IMG/VR virus record: IMGVR_UViG_3300030103_002259
Coordinates: 19,392 to 83,391 of that record
Reading direction: 5' to 3' (one strand)
DNA length: 64,000 nucleotides
From: a virus
Positions 42,079-50,951 of this stretch are shown piece after piece; the first letter of the stretch is position 1; each line of letters begins with the position of its first letter. The notes below the pieces were generated by a model. It was given only the letters and a program-made list of their open reading frames with translations, did no database searches and was not told the DNA's origin. The translations under genes and the position numbers were made by a program.

Positions 42079-42381
42079 TTATTTATTTTTTATACTTCTT
42101 CTTAGTGATCCACCTTTAATTAATTTTGGTTTAGATTTATTACTTGATTTAGGAGATCGTGATACTTCATATAATACTGTACCATAAGGATCTGTCTCTA
42201 AAATCTTATATTGTACGTCTGTGATACCTCTTTTTTTAAGAGCACGTCTTCTTGCATTATAAGCACTTCTACTAGGCGCCACTCTCTTACCCAAAACAGG
42301 TGAATAATCTTTACTTTTCTTAGCCGCTTTCTGAACTGCTTTAGCTATACCACCTTTCTGATATTTTGTAAGGTGTTTCAT
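42079..42381 (-). CDS. Small basic protein, YQKGG...GGSLRRS paralog
   Basis: Starts KYQKGGIAKA and ends KGGSLRRSIKNK. Confidence 0.7.
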   Translation of the reverse strand: MKHLTKYQKGGIAKAVQKAAKKSKDYSPVLGKRVAPSRSAYNARRRALKKRGITDVQYKILETDPYGTVLYEVSRSPKSSNKSKPKLIKGGSLRRSIKNK

Positions 42382-42383
42382 AA

Positions 42384-42764
42384 TTAATGCTTTTTACTTC
42401 GTCTTAATGACCCACCTTTCATCATCTTCATACCACCATACTGAGCATAGCCCATTTTATTACGAACATCTGTTGGTAATGATCTTAGACCATTAAACTT
42501 TTTACCAGCTGGAACACTTTTCAAAGAACCGCCTGATTTAAATTTAGGTTTTTGAAGTTCAGGATACTTCATGCGATTCATATTGTCACCTTTTTTTACG
42601 TCTACCCCAAACATTCCAGGCTTATATACATTCAGTGATTTACGTTTAAGTTTCAAAGAAGCAGGTGTTTTTCCAGCTCTTTTTACCTTTGCAAGTTTTC
42701 CAGTTGTTTTTTTAGCAGCCTTTGCAGCAAGTTTTGCAATACCACCTTTTTGATACTTTTTCAT
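42384..42764 (-). CDS. Small basic protein, YQKGG...GGSLRRS paralog
   Basis: Starts MKKYQKGGIAKL, contains FKSGG and AQYGG, ends KGGSLRRSKKH. Confidence 0.7.
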   Translation of the reverse strand: MKKYQKGGIAKLAAKAAKKTTGKLAKVKRAGKTPASLKLKRKSLNVYKPGMFGVDVKKGDNMNRMKYPELQKPKFKSGGSLKSVPAGKKFNGLRSLPTDVRNKMGYAQYGGMKMMKGGSLRRSKKH

Positions 42765-42766
42765 AG

Positions 42767-43135
42767 TTAATGTTTTCTAGATCTTCTTAAATTTTTACCT
42801 CTGATAACCCCACCTGATCTATATAACTTCATAGTAGGATTATTTTCTAACGCAGCTTTAAACATATCAAGAGCATCTTGATTAGTAATATTAGGATTCT
42901 TTAAAAAACTCTTTACTTTCTTAGCATCACCAGAACTAATTACACCACGTTTTTGCATAGCCTGCCTCAAACCTTCTTTAGCATATTGGTCTGTATCATA
43001 CTTTTTTCCTTTCCTACCTATAGTTGTAGTTCTCTCAGGTAATTTAGGTTTAGGTACTTTAACTTTCTTTTTTGCAGCTTTAGCAGCACTACTTATAATC
43101 TTACCCCTTTGTGCTTTTGGTAAATACTTTTTCAC
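42767..43135 (-). CDS. Small basic protein, LPKAQRG...NLRRS paralog
   Basis: Probable GTG start at 43135 (VKKYLPKAQRG), immediately after the upstream stop. Ends SGGVIRGKNLRRSRKH. Confidence 0.65.
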   Translation of the reverse strand: MKKYLPKAQRGKIISSAAKAAKKKVKVPKPKLPERTTTIGRKGKKYDTDQYAKEGLRQAMQKRGVISSGDAKKVKSFLKNPNITNQDALDMFKAALENNPTMKLYRSGGVIRGKNLRRSRKH

Positions 43136-43136
43136 C

Positions 43137-44033
43137 TTATAAAGATTTTGGAGAGTTATTACCTCTTTTTCTACTTCTGCTAATTTTTCTAACAATTTTT
43201 TTAGCACTCATAGGTCTTCCACCACCTTGGTTTTTCTTAACAACACCTTTTCTAGTTACTCTCTGAGTTAATCCAGATGGAGAAGTTATAGTTCTACCTC
43301 GTTGAGCCTTTGTAAGTTGAGTTCCAGATCTTTTAGAAGGAAGATTTTTTCCACCTGGTATAGGTCTTGTAACTTTAGCTTTACCTTTCCCAGTAGCTTT
43401 TTTTCCTGCTGCTTTTGTTGCTCTTTTAAGATCTTTTTTAGTTCTAGGCATTCCAGGAGGCATCATACTTGTACTTGATTTTTCCTTTTTAAGTGACTTT
43501 CTTAATACTTTTTTCATTCCTGGTGTAAGCTTTCCAATAGAACCACCTTTTTGCATTTTAGTTGTCTTAGCATATTTTTTTACAGCTTTTTTAGCACTAA
43601 CAGGTCTTCCCGCACCTTGATTCTTTTTAGCTACGCCTTTTCTATTTACTTTAGTTTTTAGTCCAGACTTAGAAGTTACAGTTCCGCCTTTTTGCATTCC
43701 AAGGGTAGCAAGTTTTGTAGATGATTTTCTAAGAGGAGATACCTTACCACTAGCTTTAGCTCTACTTTTACCTGAAGCTATTTGTAAAGCTTCATTAAGT
43801 TTTGATCTCATATTAGCTCCAGTTGATCTTAAACCACCTTTAGTTAAGCTTTTTTTAGCAGCAGCAGTGCTTTCCATCTTTCTCCTAATTGGAGCCTTAG
43901 AAGTAGATTTTCTACCTGGAGTACCTTTACCTTTTCCAGCAGCTTTTACAAGCCTTGTCATTTTTGCTAATCCTTTTTGGCCTTTTGGTAATCTTTTTTT
44001 TGCACCACCATAACCATACTTTTTCATTGCCAT
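43137..44033 (-). CDS. Histone-H1-like Lys/Arg/Gly-rich protein with internal duplication
   Basis: 298 aa with very few acidic residues. Duplicated unit T[VI]TSxSGL...RKGV[AV]KKNQG[AG]GRP[VM]SAKK. MQKGG twice, LPKGQKG and KAQRG. Confidence 0.7.
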   Translation of the reverse strand: MAMKKYGYGGAKKRLPKGQKGLAKMTRLVKAAGKGKGTPGRKSTSKAPIRRKMESTAAAKKSLTKGGLRSTGANMRSKLNEALQIASGKSRAKASGKVSPLRKSSTKLATLGMQKGGTVTSKSGLKTKVNRKGVAKKNQGAGRPVSAKKAVKKYAKTTKMQKGGSIGKLTPGMKKVLRKSLKKEKSSTSMMPPGMPRTKKDLKRATKAAGKKATGKGKAKVTRPIPGGKNLPSKRSGTQLTKAQRGRTITSPSGLTQRVTRKGVVKKNQGGGRPMSAKKIVRKISRSRKRGNNSPKSL

Positions 44034-44052
44034 TTTTGTTTATTTTAATTTA

Positions 44053-45069
44053 TTAACTATTCCAATATGCTTCTGAAGTTTTAATTAAACCTTTTAAAAT
44101 ATCTTCATTTAAAGGATCCTTTAAAAACTCAAGAACATCAGATACATTTCTACCTAACATAACATTTTGCTTTGCATGATAAATATACCCATCTGCTTTT
44201 GTGATAATCTCTTTATAAAAACTAGAGTCTTTAATAATAGATCTAATTTTTAAAGTTTCCATATCACATTTTACTGCATCTAAGAAAGTTTTTACTGCTC
44301 TCTCCATGTTGCTGTCAGATCCTTCTGCATGAATATATTCATCCATATTTTCATACAGGATATCTAATGGTGTTGATTTTTTGTATTGCGTACTATTAAC
44401 ATCTACAACTTTTGCTACATAGAAAAGTTTAGTGCTATTTTTATCAAATAATTTTTGCAGTTCTGATAATGCCTTATTTCTAAGTTTTTTGTATTCAGTT
44501 CTACTAGATACTGTTTCTTCTTCTTTATCTAAGAAAAATTTAGGCGGCTTTGGTTTTGTTTTTGCATCTTCATAACTTTTTGCAATTAAAGAAAACCCCC
44601 CTGCTTCTATAGCATATAGTTTAATTCTATCATATGGATCTGACATATTTAAAAAAGTTGGTTCATTACCTACTTTGATTTCTATCTTATTCCAAAATTC
44701 TGAATTATCAGGTTTAAGAAGTTTTACTTTATTCCAAAAGTCTTTATCTTCTGGATCAATAATATTAGAAGCTAATTCTGCTTCTAGATCAGCTACAGCT
44801 TTTCTTATCTGTCTTGTTTTAGCTTCTCTAGCTTCTTTAGAAAGTTTTTTAACTTCTGGAGCAAATTCATTAAGTCCTGTCAAATATCTATTGATACCAT
44901 TAATTTCTAGACAAGCCAATTGTTCTTGGTGTTTTACACCATCAAATAAACTTAATCCATAATTTTCTAGACCCATGTTATCTACTCTTGCATTAAAATA
45001 AGGCTTAATAGCAACTTTTGATTTAGTTCCTGATGCTACCTGTACCATTGTAAAATTATTATCTGCCAT
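44053..45069 (-). CDS. Conserved crAss-like protein downstream of MCP (gene-75-like)
   Basis: Directly follows MCP. RYLTGL..., FW, LNMSDPYD and LG...FLKDPLNEDI features. Confidence 0.55.
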   Translation of the reverse strand: MADNNFTMVQVASGTKSKVAIKPYFNARVDNMGLENYGLSLFDGVKHQEQLACLEINGINRYLTGLNEFAPEVKKLSKEAREAKTRQIRKAVADLEAELASNIIDPEDKDFWNKVKLLKPDNSEFWNKIEIKVGNEPTFLNMSDPYDRIKLYAIEAGGFSLIAKSYEDAKTKPKPPKFFLDKEEETVSSRTEYKKLRNKALSELQKLFDKNSTKLFYVAKVVDVNSTQYKKSTPLDILYENMDEYIHAEGSDSNMERAVKTFLDAVKCDMETLKIRSIIKDSSFYKEIITKADGYIYHAKQNVMLGRNVSDVLEFLKDPLNEDILKGLIKTSEAYWNS

Positions 45070-45107
45070 TGGTTTTTGTTTTTGTTGGTTATTATTTGTT
45101 GATTATT

Positions 45108-45142
45108 AAAAAAAAAGGGAGAGGAACAGCCCTCCCCCTTTT
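45108..45142 (-). terminator. Intrinsic terminator after MCP
   Basis: GGGGGAGG/CCTCTCCC stem followed by nine Ts. Confidence 0.8.
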
Positions 45143-45160
45143 CAAGAATTTATATTCAGA

Positions 45161-46774
45161 TTAGAATGATCCTCCAGTAACTGGGTTTCTCATAACAATC
45201 TTCAATACCTTAGTTGGGTCTTTTACCCATACAGCTGGCATTGTTTGAGACATCATAACTCTATACCCATTGAATTGTCCAGAAGACTGGAATCCTTGAG
45301 CACGACCCATATAGTCCATTGTACCATTTTGATACCACCACTTAAGTTGGTTATCCCACTCTAACTTCAACAAGAAGATGTTGTCATTAGTATTATCAGT
45401 GATGTCAAAGATAATGAATGAATAAGAAGATAATGGGAATCCATCAATGATTGGGTTCTCAATATCATTAGTATTTACATTATCAAATGCTGGGTTAAGT
45501 ACAAACTTAACATTAGCAAGGAAAGGAATTACATAGCTAGTGTAAGCAAAACCAAAGTTCAAGTCCATTCCTTGACCAGTGATTGCACCTATATCAGCAG
45601 CTTGAATTACAAGACCTGATGCTACAGCATCTCTCTTAATAGCTTCATTCACCATTCTCATTCCACCCATACCAGTTTGAACAATCAATTGTCTACCTGG
45701 ATCTGGACCTTGGAATTCAACTTTACCATTAAAGAAGTTATAAATCTCAGAACGGAATAAGTCAAGGTTAAAGTTATTTTTGTTATATACTCTTTTGAAA
45801 GAGTTATCAAGCTGTTGCCAAAGACCTACAGATAATCTTAAATCATCTGGTCCGTCTTGCCTAACTCTACCACCTTGTCCCCACATTAGGTAACACTCAA
45901 TATCAGAAGCAATCTTAGAAAGATGTGCAGCTTCCATTTGAGTAAGGAAAGTTCTAGAAAGATCACCATTATCAAATGCTCTCTTTACTTTATCTTTACC
46001 CATTGTTTTTACCATGTCATCTAAAGATGCTACAGCAGGATCCATATTTTTATCAAAAGTTCTCCAGATCTCAGTTACAGGAACTGTACCATCTGCATTC
46101 ATTCCACCTTTGATCATAAGATCAGCTCTAGAAGAAACTGAATAGTGAACATGAGCTTCTGCACCACCTACATAATTGTAGAATTCACGGAAACCTGTTT
46201 TAGTAGTGATGTCAGAGAATCTTTCACCATACTCACCTCTAGCAGAACCTTTTCTAAAGAATTTAGTTCCATTTGCTAAAAATGCTCTGTCAAATGAAGC
46301 AGCAGTATTATTGTTGACCATTTGTACAGTATAAATAAAACCATCTCCCATTGGAAGAATGTCTTCATCTGTAATGTAAAGTTCAGCACCATTGTATTTA
46401 TCATAAGTGATAATATCACCGTGACCAAAGTCTTTACAGCTCATCTTAATGCGGAAAGTTGTACCATCTACACCAAGAACACCTTCTCCTTCAATATCCT
46501 CAATAATATAAGGAAGATCATTAGATACAGGAGTTTGCCACTTATACTCACCACGAGCATTATCTACCATGATTACATTTTTACCACCAAAGCTAGACAT
46601 TTGATAAAGGGGCATCTCTACCTTCTGAGACATTGCCCATAGGTCCACTGGACCTAAGTCCATCGGTTCTGCATCCTTCAACATGTTAACCAAGTGGTAA
46701 GAGTCTACGTGTGAACTTGCGTTGTACGCTGTATCCCGTAGAAAGATACCATTGTTTAAAACTGGAGTTGCCAT
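45161..46774 (-). CDS. Major capsid protein (crAss-like)
   Basis: 537 aa in the order portal, scaffold-like, MCP. Features EYKWQ, LMWG...G.WQQ, TGMGGM, FGF.YTSY and LNPAFDN. Biased codon usage and a strong terminator follow. Confidence 0.85.
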   Translation of the reverse strand: MATPVLNNGIFLRDTAYNASSHVDSYHLVNMLKDAEPMDLGPVDLWAMSQKVEMPLYQMSSFGGKNVIMVDNARGEYKWQTPVSNDLPYIIEDIEGEGVLGVDGTTFRIKMSCKDFGHGDIITYDKYNGAELYITDEDILPMGDGFIYTVQMVNNNTAASFDRAFLANGTKFFRKGSARGEYGERFSDITTKTGFREFYNYVGGAEAHVHYSVSSRADLMIKGGMNADGTVPVTEIWRTFDKNMDPAVASLDDMVKTMGKDKVKRAFDNGDLSRTFLTQMEAAHLSKIASDIECYLMWGQGGRVRQDGPDDLRLSVGLWQQLDNSFKRVYNKNNFNLDLFRSEIYNFFNGKVEFQGPDPGRQLIVQTGMGGMRMVNEAIKRDAVASGLVIQAADIGAITGQGMDLNFGFAYTSYVIPFLANVKFVLNPAFDNVNTNDIENPIIDGFPLSSYSFIIFDITDNTNDNIFLLKLEWDNQLKWWYQNGTMDYMGRAQGFQSSGQFNGYRVMMSQTMPAVWVKDPTKVLKIVMRNPVTGGSF

Positions 46775-46804
46775 TTATTTATTTGTTTTTATTTGTTTAC
46801 TAAT

Positions 46805-48100
46805 TTAAAAACCTCTGCTAAACATATTTTGTTTTTTCCGAGGAACTGTCTGTTTTTTTCTTGTTGTTCTTCTTGAACTTGTTGAAACATCTTTTTTAAC
46901 TGTTGCTGAAGAACTTAATTTTCTTGCTTGTTCAGCTGTTTTTAATTGTCTTGCAGTTTTTCTTACAGCTTCATCAGCTCCAACAGATCTTACTTTAGTT
47001 TTGTAACCTTTTGGATCTGCTAATAACCATAATGCCTCTGCAATAAGATCATGTCTAGGTTCTACAAACTGGTACTTTTCTAATAAATGCCCTAATAAAT
47101 TTGTAGGTTTCCCAGATATTGAAGGGTAATTAGGTTGAACTAAACCAGAAAATAAAAGACTTTGTGTCTTTTTATCTAATTTTAAATCATCTAATTGGCC
47201 TTGAGCAAGTGTATTATATACATTATCTTGATATGCTTTTGCTTGTTCAGCTTGTTGAGCTTTTTTCTGTTCTTGCTCTGCTAGTTGTTGTGCAACAATT
47301 GTTTCTTGCATTTTATCTAACTTTGGCTTAAACTGTTTAGCTTTTTTACCAAGCCTGTCAAGATCTGCCCAATCTTGTATTTCAGCTTCTATTTCTTCAG
47401 CTGTACCAAATCTTGTAGCATGAAGATATTGTCTTGCAATTTCAGCTTGATGATTTTCATCTTCAGGATTTAGATCCATAGTATCTTCTACTTGGGCTAA
47501 AGTTCTAAATAAACTTTTTAAATCCTGACCTCCATCTGCAACATACTTTGCTGCAACTTGAAGTTCTTCAGGTAAAGATTGAAAAAATTCTCTAGGAGTA
47601 TCTTGTCTAATCTTTTCTTCCCTTTGCTGAAAATTTGTTTCAAATAACTCTCTGAAATCTTTAGCTGTATAATCTTCTAAATCCTTATCATCATCAAATG
47701 GTAATAAAGATCCTTCTTCTATCATTTTATTAGCTAATTCAACAAGACCGCTCTTATCTACTCTAGGTCTTCCTGATGCAGTTTCTCCATTTTCTTCTTG
47801 TTCTGAGATCATCTCATCCAATTCAGAAATAGTTTCTTCTGCAGTTTCAGTAGGTGTTACCTCTACTTCTTCTGAAGTTGTTTCAACAGGTTTGTCAATG
47901 AACGTTGTGTCTACTTCCTTTTCCTTTGAAAAGACTGTATTTTTTTCTTCTAAATCTTCTTCAGGTAGCATGACACTTTCTGCTCCTGGTTGTCCAAAGA
48001 TTTCATCAATATTTATATCTACTTCCTCTACCGTTGTAGATTCTTGTATTTTAGACTCAGTATTTTGTACTTCGTCTGAAGTTGATTTTTCTTCACTCAT
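46805..48100 (-). CDS. Acidic scaffold-like protein upstream of MCP (gene-77-like)
   Basis: Very acidic N-terminus, coiled coil and basic C-terminus, located between portal and MCP. Confidence 0.65.
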   Translation of the reverse strand: MSEEKSTSDEVQNTESKIQESTTVEEVDINIDEIFGQPGAESVMLPEEDLEEKNTVFSKEKEVDTTFIDKPVETTSEEVEVTPTETAEETISELDEMISEQEENGETASGRPRVDKSGLVELANKMIEEGSLLPFDDDKDLEDYTAKDFRELFETNFQQREEKIRQDTPREFFQSLPEELQVAAKYVADGGQDLKSLFRTLAQVEDTMDLNPEDENHQAEIARQYLHATRFGTAEEIEAEIQDWADLDRLGKKAKQFKPKLDKMQETIVAQQLAEQEQKKAQQAEQAKAYQDNVYNTLAQGQLDDLKLDKKTQSLLFSGLVQPNYPSISGKPTNLLGHLLEKYQFVEPRHDLIAEALWLLADPKGYKTKVRSVGADEAVRKTARQLKTAEQARKLSSSATVKKDVSTSSRRTTRKKQTVPRKKQNMFSRGF

Positions 48101-48123
48101 TTTTGTTGGTTTTGTTTATATAA

Positions 48124-48136
48124 TAATATACTAAAA
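48124..48136 (-). promoter_or_regulatory. Putative late promoter motif TTTTAGTATATTA for scaffold/MCP
   Basis: Motif copy upstream of the 48100 start. Confidence 0.6.
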
Positions 48137-48195
48137 TAAATCTTAAAGATTTAAAATTATTTTAAAAATTTTAATTAATTTTTTGCACTATATAG

Positions 48196-50946
48196 CTAAG
48201 TAGCATCATTTTGATTTCTAACATCATATTTATTTTTATTTTCTCTAGCTATTTGTAGTTGTTTATCTGCTATTTCTTTTTGAGCTTGTATTTTTTCACG
48301 CTCAATTTGATTTTTAGCAGATTCATTATTCATTCTATTTACTTCCTTTTCTCTTTGCAAGTCTGTTTGTGTTTGATATTGTTCAGTATCTCTAATATCT
48401 TTCATAGCATCTTGGAAGTCAGATTGCATATTTTTATCAATATCTGCCATTGATCCATAACCCGCAGCTCTAATTTCAGCAACAAGAATATCTTTTCTTC
48501 TTTCTTTCTCAGCTTCTTGAGCTTCTGCATCCAATCTCATTTGCTCTTGTTCTTTCTGAGCCTGTAATTGTTGTTCTTGCATTTGCTGTTGTTGCTGTTG
48601 CTCTTGTTGTTTTTGTTGTTGTTGTTTTTGTTCAGATGTTTTTAAAACTGTATTTAGTCCAGCAATAGAATCTGATTGAATAATTTTACCTAAGTCATAT
48701 ATACTAGCACCTGTAGTATTATTCTGCATAGCCATTTGTTTTAATTGCTCTAATACAGCTCTATGGTTTGCAGTTGTAGTACAAAAGATATTGAGATCTC
48801 TCATCAAAAGATCTGTACCATTAATTTGAAAATTAACTTTTTCATCCAGTGATGTTATATAAGTCAATCTTGCAGATGGTTTAGTACTATGATAATATTG
48901 AGCTAGATCTGTTCTCATTTCATGTACTCTAGGCATTAGATAATCTGAGTGTTGTACAAAGTACATTTCTGTTTGGGCATATGATGCATTGGCCGCTTGT
49001 TCTACACCAGTAGCTGTCATTTGTGATAATTGCTGCCCCATTCTTTGTGGATTAACACCAATTACCTCATATGCTTGTTGTTTAAAATGATTAGCTAATT
49101 GAACTCTAGACATTAATCTATTAGTCTGATCTAAATCAAGTTTCTGAAAATGCTGGAAGTTTAATGCATTTTCTGTATTTGTAATAGTAGTATCTAGTGG
49201 TAGCATTTGGAAATCTTTCATAGCTACATAAGCTTTAGATAAATTACCTTTACCCCAGTCCTCACCTAATGAATGTTTAGGTAATGCATTTTGATCTAAT
49301 AAAATTACAGTACCTAATTCATCTACTAAAATATCAGCTATTTGATTATTTACAATATTAAAACCTATTTGATATGGTTTCATTAAATCAATAAGAGCTG
49401 TTGATTTAGTATTTCTATCAGAAAATACAGCACCCTCTACAGGTAGTTTACAACCATATAAACTATTCTCACCTTTAAACTGAAATTTAAGAGGATTTAA
49501 ACGATTAGTATTTATACCTAAATACATAGGTGCAAGTCCTCCTGGATTATTCATACCCCAATAGCTAGGAATATTTGGTCCTATTTTGATACCACCCCAA
49601 ACCTCATTGATCCAGATCCAATCAATATGTTCTCCAAATAATAAATTTTCTTTATTCTTATTTTTAAATAACCTAGTATCATAAATAGGTTTATCTGTAA
49701 TTTTGTAATCTTCTGTAACAATCTCGTTTAATATTTGACCATCTTCAGTTACTTTAACTAGATGACCTAGTTTTCTTTGTGACTTCCAGTAAGATTGTGT
49801 AACCCGTAATAAGTTTGCATCAGGTGAATCTAACATACTTTCACTTTCACCTATAATATCTGCAACTACATCACCTCCGTCATATAATCCTGAATCACCC
49901 ATAAATGATGTATACTGACGCATGGCTAAAGATGGTCTATCTGTATTCCATTGATGTGATTTAGTAGCATCATAAAAAGAACCATCATTTTGCTGACCAG
50001 TAATAGTATAACCAGCAGATCTTACAGGATAAATTGATTCTAAAGATTCTAGCTGCTCTTCAGTCATTAAAAATCCAAATTTATCTATAACATCAGCTGC
50101 TGTATACATATCTGTTTTACCAACCCACTGACCATCTGAGATATATCTAGTATCAGGAGATTTATGGTAAAAAGTTAATGCAGGATTCCAGAGCTCTACA
50201 TCATAATCATCTTCCATCATATGAAAATGCCAGAACTCTCTATCTGTAATTAACATATCACGAAAGCCTCTTTCTTCAAGCTCATCCATTCTAAATCTTT
50301 CAATATCTACTTTATGTTGATGTTCAGCCCACTGTTCCACCATAGATCTATAGTCTTTCTTAAAGAACTGTTCTATTTCAGGTAAGCTTTTGATATTATC
50401 TGAAGACATTTGTTGTTGTGCTTCTTGAGAGTTAGGATCTAATCCTTGAGCAACCATGGCGGCCATTATCTTAACTTGTGCATCTGCCATTAATGTTTTT
50501 TCTACCTCAGCTCTTTTCTGTTCAAGCATTTCATTATATGAAAATTCATCAACAGCTCTATAAGTTAATTTAGTAGATCTTTTTGCAAACTCTGCAACAA
50601 GTACATTTACAACATTAGGAATAATTGGATAAAATCTTAGCTCAAGAGCATTTGAAGTATCATCTAAAAGATTTTCTACAATATCTTTCATTTCATTATC
50701 ATCTTCGATAATGTAATCTGTTCTATCAATAATACCTTTTGCTAGCTTATAATTTTTCATTAGCCTTCTTGAGTTTCGTCTTAATTGTTTAAGACCATTC
50801 CACTCAAGCCAGTCTAAATTCCAAGCAGCCCATTCTTGTGTTTTATCTTTTTTAGGTAGAAACTGAAGAGGTTGAGTTAAAGTACCCATCCTTTCTTGTT
50901 TAGCTTTAGCGCCTTTTTTTAATTGAAGTGCATTAAATACCTGCAT
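48196..50946 (-). CDS. Portal protein
   Basis: 916 aa after the terminase. YPIIPNVVNVL, WINEVWGG.KIG, L.DLMKPYQ..NI and GVNPQRMGQ motifs, with a Gln-rich C-terminal coiled coil. Confidence 0.85.
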   Translation of the reverse strand: MQVFNALQLKKGAKAKQERMGTLTQPLQFLPKKDKTQEWAAWNLDWLEWNGLKQLRRNSRRLMKNYKLAKGIIDRTDYIIEDDNEMKDIVENLLDDTSNALELRFYPIIPNVVNVLVAEFAKRSTKLTYRAVDEFSYNEMLEQKRAEVEKTLMADAQVKIMAAMVAQGLDPNSQEAQQQMSSDNIKSLPEIEQFFKKDYRSMVEQWAEHQHKVDIERFRMDELEERGFRDMLITDREFWHFHMMEDDYDVELWNPALTFYHKSPDTRYISDGQWVGKTDMYTAADVIDKFGFLMTEEQLESLESIYPVRSAGYTITGQQNDGSFYDATKSHQWNTDRPSLAMRQYTSFMGDSGLYDGGDVVADIIGESESMLDSPDANLLRVTQSYWKSQRKLGHLVKVTEDGQILNEIVTEDYKITDKPIYDTRLFKNKNKENLLFGEHIDWIWINEVWGGIKIGPNIPSYWGMNNPGGLAPMYLGINTNRLNPLKFQFKGENSLYGCKLPVEGAVFSDRNTKSTALIDLMKPYQIGFNIVNNQIADILVDELGTVILLDQNALPKHSLGEDWGKGNLSKAYVAMKDFQMLPLDTTITNTENALNFQHFQKLDLDQTNRLMSRVQLANHFKQQAYEVIGVNPQRMGQQLSQMTATGVEQAANASYAQTEMYFVQHSDYLMPRVHEMRTDLAQYYHSTKPSARLTYITSLDEKVNFQINGTDLLMRDLNIFCTTTANHRAVLEQLKQMAMQNNTTGASIYDLGKIIQSDSIAGLNTVLKTSEQKQQQQKQQEQQQQQQMQEQQLQAQKEQEQMRLDAEAQEAEKERRKDILVAEIRAAGYGSMADIDKNMQSDFQDAMKDIRDTEQYQTQTDLQREKEVNRMNNESAKNQIEREKIQAQKEIADKQLQIARENKNKYDVRNQNDAT

Positions 50947-50951
50947 AATTA

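Noticed and set aside
8065-44033. Eukaryotic giant-virus origin suggested by the SET domain, QxGG motifs and basic proteins
   Set aside because: Terminase, portal, crAss-like MCP, amidase/holin/spanin, intrinsic terminators and operon packing all indicate a tailed bacteriophage.
48541-48630. CAA/CAG repeat encoding poly-Gln in the portal
   Set aside because: Gln-rich C-terminal coiled coils are ordinary in these portals.
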